From: Eubacteriales bacterium
GTDB lineage: Bacteria; Bacillota; Clostridia; Oscillospirales; CAG-382
Length of the DNA stretch: 64,000 nt
Direction of reading: 5' to 3'
Assembly (NCBI GenBank): GCA_045596605.1
Contig: JAZOCR010000143.1
Coordinates: forward strand, 3,743 to 67,742
In this document: positions 57,218 through 64,000 of the stretch, piece by piece
How the letters are laid out: every line of letters starts with the position of its first letter
How positions within the stretch are numbered: the stretch's first letter is position 1
Notes under the pieces: generated by a model
The model's database searches: none
What the model saw: the letters and a program-made list of their open reading frames with translations, nothing else
What the model was told of the DNA's origin: nothing
Made by a program: the position numbers and the translations under genes

Positions 57218-58534
57218 TTATGACATTACCTTGGATTTAAGATACCCCTGAAGACTCGCCGCTCCCTGTACGTTGTTTATAATAAGAGCGTCGGTAATGC
57301 CGTATTCTGAAATAATGCTGCTAACGGAGTCAGTGTCCTTGCGAATGTCAATAACTATAATTTCATCGTAGTAGTCAACCATATAGGGCACAAACGCATT
57401 ACCGTAGGACTCCTTGAAAACGATAAGCTTTTTGCCTGTGGTGTTTGACGTCTTAATGTGGGTAAAGGGCTGGTCACCGCATATAAACATTACGGAATAG
57501 TTGTTGGTGTTTGTGTTCAGCACCTGACCCTTATATGTAATGCCACCGCTTGTGTATGTCATTGTTGCTTCGGCTTTAGGAAGATGTGCAACCGTGTAGT
57601 CCGGATTTGTTTTAAGAGAAGCAGCACCGCCGGAGAAGCCGTAAAGAGAACCGGTGTAGCCGGTATTTATAACCGTCGTGTAATCAGAAAGCTCACGGGG
57701 AGTTATGCCGTTTGCTTCACAGTAAGCACGGGAGGCGTAGTATGCACCAAGACTTGTCCAGTGATGGTCCGTTCTGTAGTATGTGTATTCACCCTTGTGT
57801 GCGGAAAGCTCACCCATACAGTCTGCCTTTTTTACAGACTCCGACATCATAGCATATGTAGCACTTATGTGCTTGGTCTGATTTTCCTCGCCGTCTGCAT
57901 ACCCCTCCGGAGAAAGAAAAGCACACGCCTTGGGAATAAGCAGGCTTGTTACGTTAAGAGAGGGATACTTTGCCGCAAAGTCGTTTACAATCTGTGCATA
58001 TGACTCGTTGCCGCTTTCTCTGAGTCTGAAGTATTCAAGCCCGTAGTCACCGCAGACAAGAACGCTGTTTGCGTAGTATGCGGATATGCTGTTTGAAAAG
58101 TGACCGGTATTCTGGGTTTCCGGAATATACTGGGTTACTCCGTTTTTGTAGTTTACAGTGTTGTCGCAGGTCGCACATTTTGCGCTCTTTCCGTCGGCGG
58201 AAGTAACGTAGTTGTGTTCTATAACGTCTGCCAGAGTAATGCCGCATTCTGTGCAGGTTTCCTCTATTCTGCAGGTTGCCGCTCCCGAGGACTTGTGTCC
58301 GTGAGCCTTTTCTATTAGGGCAGAGCATACGGTACATACCGAGTCGTTTGTACAGTCAGCCGCTTTATCAGGAGTATGCTCTGTTGCGGCAGTTACTACC
58401 TTACCGCAGGAATCACATACCTTGTCAAGAGTGCAGTCCACAGTTGTTACCGTGTGGGTGTGAGCGCACCCGGTGAGAAAAGCAGTAATAATGATAGCCG
58501 TAATTAATGAAGTATGAAGCATTTTGTTTTTCAT
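57218..58534 (-). CDS. DHHW family lipoprotein with an N-terminal Cys-rich repeat region
   Basis: Lipobox (FLTGC) and the eponymous YYRTDHHWT motif. The N-terminus carries three C..(5-6)..C..CG-like repeats. Confidence 0.8.
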   Translation of the reverse strand: MKNKMLHTSLITAIIITAFLTGCAHTHTVTTVDCTLDKVCDSCGKVVTAATEHTPDKAADCTNDSVCTVCSALIEKAHGHKSSGAATCRIEETCTECGITLADVIEHNYVTSADGKSAKCATCDNTVNYKNGVTQYIPETQNTGHFSNSISAYYANSVLVCGDYGLEYFRLRESGNESYAQIVNDFAAKYPSLNVTSLLIPKACAFLSPEGYADGEENQTKHISATYAMMSESVKKADCMGELSAHKGEYTYYRTDHHWTSLGAYYASRAYCEANGITPRELSDYTTVINTGYTGSLYGFSGGAASLKTNPDYTVAHLPKAEATMTYTSGGITYKGQVLNTNTNNYSVMFICGDQPFTHIKTSNTTGKKLIVFKESYGNAFVPYMVDYYDEIIVIDIRKDTDSVSSIISEYGITDALIINNVQGAASLQGYLKSKVMS

Positions 58535-58650
58535 TACCTTTGTCCTTTACTGAAATAGGTTTAATATATTCATATTTATTATCCGGTTTTGATATTTTAC
58601 CACAAGAAAAAAGAGAATTTATAAACGCAGTATAAAATAATGTCGAATTT

Positions 58651-59262
58651 TTACTTATTTCCTTTCGACGTTTTACTGCGCTTTTTTGAATTTTTCTTTG
58701 TGGAAAATCCAAAATATCCGATTTTTCGTCCAAGCTCAAAATATTCTCCGTGAGCAAAAGCCATAAGACCGGCATTATCAAGATGAAGCTTTCCGCCGCT
58801 GTCAATAAGAGCCTCGTCAACATTTGTGCAAAGAATATCCGCCACAAACATATCATGACTTCCAAGCTCCACAATATCCGTCACACGACACTCAAGGGAA
58901 AGAGGACATTCTTTTATGGCTGGTGCCGAAACAGTATTTGATTTTTCTTCGGTAAAATCACACTTTTTAAATTTGTCAACCTTTTTGCCGGTGTAAATAC
59001 CGCAGTAGTCAACCTTTTTTGCAAGTGCCTTTGTCGGAAGATTTATAACAAATTCACCGCTGTTTTTTATTATATCGTAGGAGCATCTGCTCTTTCTTAT
59101 GGAAACGTAGGTCTTTGCAGGCACCGTATTTATTATTCCGGTCCAGGCGACCGTTATAATATTTGACTTCTCGTTTCCCTCCTTGTCCTTTCCCTTGCAG
59201 GATACAAGAACCGCAGGAAGCGGAGCAAGAAGCGCACCTCCACGCCAGCTTGTTTTTGCCAT
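58651..59262 (-). CDS. Flavin reductase-like (FMN-binding split-barrel) protein
   Basis: The pattern LLAPLPAVLVSC...ITVAWTG is typical of flavin reductase domain proteins. A basic C-terminal tail is present. Confidence 0.7.
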   Translation of the reverse strand: MAKTSWRGGALLAPLPAVLVSCKGKDKEGNEKSNIITVAWTGIINTVPAKTYVSIRKSRCSYDIIKNSGEFVINLPTKALAKKVDYCGIYTGKKVDKFKKCDFTEEKSNTVSAPAIKECPLSLECRVTDIVELGSHDMFVADILCTNVDEALIDSGGKLHLDNAGLMAFAHGEYFELGRKIGYFGFSTKKNSKKRSKTSKGNK

Positions 59263-59363
59263 AGCCTTTATACCTCAACTGTTTTAAAATTTACATATAA
59301 ATGTTTTAAAATAAATAAAAATGCTGTAAAATAACTCTATCACTAAAGAAAAGAGAACTTATA

Positions 59364-60263
59364 ATGAAAGTAAATACCGGAAAATTTGTCGGACATATAC
59401 TTGCATTTATCGTTGAAGCCATATGGGCGGTAACCTACGTTGCCACAGAGCTTCTTATAAAATCCGGCTTCACCGAGCTTCAGATACTCGTAATGCGCTT
59501 TGTCCTTGCACTTTTGGTGCTGTATATAATAAATCCGAAAATCTATAAGCCGCAAAGCTTAAAGCAGGAGCTGTCTTTCTTTCTTCTTTCGGTTTTCGGA
59601 ATGACCTGCTATTACCTTTTTGAAAACCTTGCAATAGGAAAAACCGACGGCACAAACGTGTCAATCATCATAAGCTTTGCCCCAATCCTTACACTTATCG
59701 GCAGCGTTTTGCTGCGCAAAAAAGATAAGGTTACGTTTTTTGAGGTTTTCGGCTTTATCCTTGCAATAACCGGGGTTATAATGGTGGTGTTCAACGGCAC
59801 CGTCGTACTGTCCTTTAATATGCTCGGATATATCCTTGCCTTTGGCGCAGCGCTTTCCTGGGCAATATATTCAGTAATGCTGGAAGGATATCTTCAGAAA
59901 TACGACAGCATAATTATCACAAGACGAATGCTTATATATTCATTACTTCTTCTTGTCCCCGCAATGCTTGCAAAGGACGGCGTGCCGAGTCTTCCCCTTG
60001 TTTTCACACCGGGCGCACTCCTGTCGCTTTCACTTCTCGGAATTTTCGGCGGAAGCCTTTGCTATATATGGTGGAACAGCGCAGTAAAAAGAATAGGCGT
60101 TGTTACCACAACCAACTACATATACCTTAGTCCCTTTATAACTATGATTTTTGCATATTTCGTAGCGGATACAAGAATAACCCCTATGGGCGCACTTGGC
60201 GCAGTTCTGATAATCGGTGGGGTAGTCCTTTCCGACCTGAAGCCGGCAAAGGCAAAAGAATAA
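59364..60263 (+). CDS. DMT superfamily (EamA-type) transporter
   Basis: 10 TM helices in two EamA-like halves, 299 aa. Confidence 0.85.
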   Translation: MKVNTGKFVGHILAFIVEAIWAVTYVATELLIKSGFTELQILVMRFVLALLVLYIINPKIYKPQSLKQELSFFLLSVFGMTCYYLFENLAIGKTDGTNVSIIISFAPILTLIGSVLLRKKDKVTFFEVFGFILAITGVIMVVFNGTVVLSFNMLGYILAFGAALSWAIYSVMLEGYLQKYDSIIITRRMLIYSLLLLVPAMLAKDGVPSLPLVFTPGALLSLSLLGIFGGSLCYIWWNSAVKRIGVVTTTNYIYLSPFITMIFAYFVADTRITPMGALGAVLIIGGVVLSDLKPAKAKE

Positions 60264-60285
60264 CCCTTTTAGATAAAATACTCTA

Positions 60286-61017
60286 TTAAAGGGGCTTCTT
60301 GACTATCTGAGCGTATCTTCTCGGATACTGCATCGGTGTGGATTTTACTTTCTTTATTACCACAAGAGAATGATGAAGCACCTCGCCGTCTGTGCTTTGC
60401 GGAAGCTCTACCTCATATGTCTTCACGTATTTTCCACCAAGCTTTGCAATTGCTCCCTTTGATATTTCAAGTTCCTCACTTGCACCGGTTGCCTTGTAGG
60501 CAATAAAGGCTCCTCCCACCTTTACAAAGGGAAGACAAAGCTCAAGCAGCACCGGCAGTGATGCTACCGCTCTTGAAACAGCAACATCAAAATTCTCACG
60601 GTACTTCTTGTCTGAGGATACCTCCTCTGCACGAACCGGAAGAAATTCGGCGTCTATTCCAAGCTTTTCGCAGGCACTCTGTGTGAATTTCAGCTTTTTA
60701 GCCGTGCTGTCAAGGAACGTGGTCTTTATGTCACGTCTTACGTGGGACAGCGGAAGTCCCGGAAAGCCGGCACCGCAGCCAACGTCTATTACCGATGCAC
60801 CACCCGGAATAAGGTAAAAAATCAGTGACGCAAGTGAGTCCGCAAAATGCTTTATCGCAACACCCTCATGCGTCTTTATTGCGGTAAGATTTGTGTGGGA
60901 GTTAAATTCCAGAAGAAGTTCACACAGCACACCAAAATCCGAAAGTGCACTCTCTGTAATACTTATGTTGTTTTTTTTGCAGAAATCCTGTAAAATAGTT
61001 ATAACCTCAGAGTTCAT
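60286..61017 (-). CDS. rsmG: 16S rRNA (guanine527-N7)-methyltransferase
   Basis: GidB pattern: NLTAI...HF.DSL and DVGCGAGFPGLPL. Confidence 0.92.
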   Translation of the reverse strand: MNSEVITILQDFCKKNNISITESALSDFGVLCELLLEFNSHTNLTAIKTHEGVAIKHFADSLASLIFYLIPGGASVIDVGCGAGFPGLPLSHVRRDIKTTFLDSTAKKLKFTQSACEKLGIDAEFLPVRAEEVSSDKKYRENFDVAVSRAVASLPVLLELCLPFVKVGGAFIAYKATGASEELEISKGAIAKLGGKYVKTYEVELPQSTDGEVLHHSLVVIKKVKSTPMQYPRRYAQIVKKPL

Positions 61018-61859
61018 TGTTTGCTCCGTTCTGCCACAGTGGCGAAAAATTTATAAAGGCGGTGGTTTACATTTTTGAAAGCTTACTTTGCGAATTTTTC
61101 AGTACCGAAAAAATAAAATATTATTCCTGCCTTGAGCTTTCCGACTGTGAGCTTATTTACCCAAGAAAGCTCCCGGACTTTACAAAAAGCGTCTGCTTTT
61201 TTCTTATTCCGTACTATGTGAAAGATGAGAAAAAAAGAAACGTTTCACTGTACGCCGTGCCCCGTGATTATCACCTTTACGTAAAAGAGCTTGAAAAGCG
61301 CCTTTTGAAGCTTATAAGTGATAAAAACGAAGGTGTTACAGTGCGTGTGTTTGCCGATAATTCCCCTTTTTCCGAACGCATCTGCGCAGAAAAAGCAGGG
61401 CTTGGTAAAATAGGCAAAAACAGACTTCTCATAAATTCCGAGTACGGAAGCTACGTGTTTATAGGGAGTATTTGCATTTCACATAATATCAGCATATCAC
61501 ACCTGGCGGAAAATTTCAAGTGTGACATATGTGGAAATTGTGAAAAGTGTAAGACAGCTTGCCCATATATGTCAGGAAAAAGCGAAATCTGCCTTTCCGA
61601 GCTTACACAGAAAAAGAAGTTTTCGGAAGATGAAACAAAAATTATTTCTTCTCTCGGCGTGCGCTGGGGCTGTGATATATGTCAACAGGTTTGCCCGCAA
61701 AACAACAATGTCAGCGAAACACCTATAGATTTTTTCAAAAATCACAGAATGCCTTTTGTGACAAAGGAGCTTATAGAGCAGATGTCCGATGATGATTTTT
61801 CACAGCGTGCATATGCGTGGCGTGGAAAAAACGTAATACTTAGAAATTTAAAGCTCTGA
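61017..61859 (+). CDS. QueG-like 4Fe-4S protein (epoxyqueuosine reductase family, short form)
   Basis: Two ferredoxin-type cluster motifs (CDICGNCEKCKTACP and CDICQQVCP). The true start is probably downstream of 61017 (for example GTG near 61062), because 61017 abuts the divergent rsmG start codon. Confidence 0.6.
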   Translation: MFAPFCHSGEKFIKAVVYIFESLLCEFFSTEKIKYYSCLELSDCELIYPRKLPDFTKSVCFFLIPYYVKDEKKRNVSLYAVPRDYHLYVKELEKRLLKLISDKNEGVTVRVFADNSPFSERICAEKAGLGKIGKNRLLINSEYGSYVFIGSICISHNISISHLAENFKCDICGNCEKCKTACPYMSGKSEICLSELTQKKKFSEDETKIISSLGVRWGCDICQQVCPQNNNVSETPIDFFKNHRMPFVTKELIEQMSDDDFSQRAYAWRGKNVILRNLKL

Positions 61860-61941
61860 TTTTCAATATTCGGCTCTTTTCGAGCGTGCAGATATGTTAT
61901 ACTCTCTTTTGAATTGTAATTTTTCAAAGGGGAGTATTTTT

Positions 61942-62871
61942 ATGGGGATAAACAGTAAATTCAAAATCAAATCAGGGCAAAAAAAGGACACACAAAAAAA
62001 CTGCACGGGAGAAATTTTTAATATTCCACCCTATCTTATCTGCCCAAGTCCGCTTCTTCCCAGAACGGATTTCTCTGATACCTCGCTTTGCAGTCTTGCA
62101 GACAGTATACGCAGATACGGCATGCTTCAACCTCTGTGTGTGTGTCTTTCAAAGGACGGAAAATACGAGCTTGTCGCAGGCGAAAGAAGACTTCGTGCGG
62201 CGCTTCTTCTGAAGCTTCCCACTGTCCCTTGTGTGCTTGTGGGAAGCTATGGAAAAGACGCAGAATATCTTTCTGTCATTGAAAATATTCAGCGTGAGGG
62301 GCTTAATATGTTTGACGAGGCAAAAGCCATAAAAAGACTGATGGAGAGAGATAAGATTTCCCAGGAACAGCTTGCGCTTATTTTGTCAAGCAGCACTGCG
62401 CAGATTGAAAAAAAGCTAAGGCTCACACAGTTTTCAAGAGCGGAAATGCAGGAGATTCTGCACCTTGGAATATCACCTGACATCGCTTCACTTTTTCTTG
62501 ACGTGCCCTGTTCTGTCCGTTATTATACCATAAAGCTTTGTACCGAAAAGGAACTGAACGAAAGCAGTATAAGAACTGTCTGCAAGAGGCTTTCAGAAAT
62601 AAAAAATCCTTCTCCCGATGACCTTGAAGAAATACTTTCAAAGGTTATCATAAAAAAGGAAGAGTCTTCTATAGAAGATACAGAGCAAAGTGAGAAAGCA
62701 GATATAAAAGAAAAAAGAACGCAGAAAATAGTGCTTCACGACCTTCGCTCCTTTGAGATTTCGCTGGAAAAATCCTGTGACGTGCTTCGCAGAGCAGGAC
62801 TCTATGCAGGCTTTGATAAGCAGGAGAATAACAGCGAAACGGTTTATACCGTCAGAGTCAAAAAAGAATAA
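61942..62871 (+). CDS. ParB/Noc-like protein (ParB N-terminal CTPase-fold domain + HTH)
   Basis: LQPLCV..YELVAGERRLRAA arginine-patch motif and ENIQREGLNMFDEA. ATG at 61942 lies 7 nt after AAGGGGAG. No ParA is adjacent. Confidence 0.8.
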   Translation: MGINSKFKIKSGQKKDTQKNCTGEIFNIPPYLICPSPLLPRTDFSDTSLCSLADSIRRYGMLQPLCVCLSKDGKYELVAGERRLRAALLLKLPTVPCVLVGSYGKDAEYLSVIENIQREGLNMFDEAKAIKRLMERDKISQEQLALILSSSTAQIEKKLRLTQFSRAEMQEILHLGISPDIASLFLDVPCSVRYYTIKLCTEKELNESSIRTVCKRLSEIKNPSPDDLEEILSKVIIKKEESSIEDTEQSEKADIKEKRTQKIVLHDLRSFEISLEKSCDVLRRAGLYAGFDKQENNSETVYTVRVKKE

Positions 62872-62968
62872 GCGCCGCATTAAAATTTACAAATTCTTAT
62901 TTATGCTTGCCCCTATATGTGATAAAATAATCCACGAACAAAAAGAAATACGGAGAATATAATAAGAA

Positions 62969-63628
62969 ATGAAAATAAAACACGCAATATTCGATCTTGA
63001 CGGAACACTTCTCGACTCAAACGGCGTATGGATGGACGCAATTTTCAACTATATAGATAAAATGTGCAGCTTCAAAAGAGAGGATATCCCGCAGGAGTTT
63101 GAAAGTGAAGTGGTTTACGGCGGCTCAAAAAAGGTTTTCGCTTATCTTGAAAGTGTAATGGGGGACAAAAATCCTCTTATTATGAAAAGAAAAGCATTGA
63201 TGGATTTTGCAGAAAACGCCTATAAAACCCCAAAGGAGAAAAAAGGCGGCGCACGGGAATTTCTTTCAAAGCTCAAAGGTGCAGGTGCAGACGTTTGCGT
63301 CGTTACTGCAACGCCAACCTACCTCGCTACACAGGCACTGGAGCTTTCCGGGCTTCTCGGCTACGTTGATTTTATTATATCTGCCGCTGAGAGAAAAAGC
63401 GGCAAGGATAAACCCTATATACTTATCGAGGCGGCGGCAAGAATGAACGCAGAGCTGTGTGAATGCGTAATTTTTGAAGACGCAATATACGGAATAAGAA
63501 CCGGAAAAGAGCTCGGAATGACAGCAGTAGGTATAAAGGACAGATACTGTACCGAAAATACGGCAAAGGATATAAAGAATACCTGCGACGTGTATATCAC
63601 CGACTTTACCGAAATACACCTTGACTAA
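62969..63628 (+). CDS. HAD-superfamily hydrolase (subfamily IA)
   Basis: Motif I FDLDGTLLDS, motif II VVTAT, motif IV FEDAIYG. Confidence 0.85.
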   Translation: MKIKHAIFDLDGTLLDSNGVWMDAIFNYIDKMCSFKREDIPQEFESEVVYGGSKKVFAYLESVMGDKNPLIMKRKALMDFAENAYKTPKEKKGGAREFLSKLKGAGADVCVVTATPTYLATQALELSGLLGYVDFIISAAERKSGKDKPYILIEAAARMNAELCECVIFEDAIYGIRTGKELGMTAVGIKDRYCTENTAKDIKNTCDVYITDFTEIHLD

Positions 63629-63663
63629 CTAATTATATCATATTTTTATTATCGGAGGAATGT

Positions 63664-64000
63664 ATGGTTTCCTGTACAATAAGTGAATGCGCAAAAATAC
63701 TTCTTTCCAAAAACAGAATAATGATTCTTGTCCACTCAAATCCGGACGGCGACTGTATAGGCTCGGGTGCGGCACTTGCAAAGGCTTTGACTAATCTTGG
63801 GAAGGATGTGCGCCTTGTGTGTGCACACGCACTTCCAAAAAGACTTGCGTTTATATGTAAGGGCTTGAAAGAAGAAGTTCTTTGCTTCGCAGGTGAGCCG
63901 GAGCAGGATTTTGACGCAGAGCTTGTCGTTACGGTTGATACCGCATCACCGGAGCTACTTTCAAATCTTCGTGAAAAATATCAGGATAGAATAAATCTCT
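63664..64000 (+). CDS. DHH family phosphoesterase (NrnA-like), N-terminal part; continues beyond the window
   Basis: GGAGG lies 5 nt before the ATG at 63664. DHH motifs I/II are present (ILVHSNPDGDCIGS). Open to the window end. Confidence 0.8.
   Translation, partial: MVSCTISECAKILLSKNRIMILVHSNPDGDCIGSGAALAKALTNLGKDVRLVCAHALPKRLAFICKGLKEEVLCFAGEPEQDFDAELVVTVDTASPELLSNLREKYQDRINL

Noticed and set aside
1-64000. Scan for tRNA, rRNA, tmRNA, SRP RNA, group II introns, transposases, integrases, phage genes, restriction-modification, toxin-antitoxin and known defence systems
   Set aside because: I recognised none by eye. The only clear structured RNA gene is rnpB. A scan by eye is not sensitive, so tRNAscan-SE, Infernal, and DefenseFinder or PADLOC should be run to confirm the absence.

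Overview
This 64 kb chromosomal segment looks like a low-GC Gram-positive, Clostridia-like genome. It has GGAGG-type RBSs, many near-consensus TTGACA-17-TATAAT promoters, RNase Y, an ECF S-component, DUF1385-prmC and hisS-aspS. I support about 60 protein genes, mostly housekeeping: guaB, rny, prmC, murI, gyrA, glyQS, proS, aspS, hisS, recR, ybaB, pnuC, rlmB, tadA, rsmG. There is one RNase P RNA (rnpB, minus strand, about 43233-43616). I recognised no tRNA, rRNA, CRISPR array, transposase, integrase or phage structural gene, and no known defence system. The content worth a second look is mostly non-coding or degenerate. (1) A consensus promoter at 604-632 drives about 0.5 kb of purine-rich, ORF-free sequence ending in stacked terminator-like hairpins upstream of a GldA/F/G-like ABC operon. 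(2) A modular stem-loop repeat family occurs in three same-orientation copies (13800-14050, 16733-16866, 28964-29115); two copies carry an identical intrinsic terminator. (3) A 90-nt perfect direct repeat of that element brackets a 2.9 kb insert holding an AT-rich SLOG/DUF1273 gene, a divergent XRE regulator and a secreted protein. (4) A 0.9 kb ORF-free, hairpin-dense spacer lies upstream of rny. (5) The pnuC leader has a clear terminator/antiterminator alternative but matches no aptamer I can name. (6) A P1B-ATPase homologue has all catalytic motifs degenerate and a long acidic N-terminus. (7) A small membrane-anchored protein gene is broken by an A7 tract directly after its ATG. All calls come from reading the sequence and the ORF track. 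No database search was run, so family names are recollections of motif patterns.
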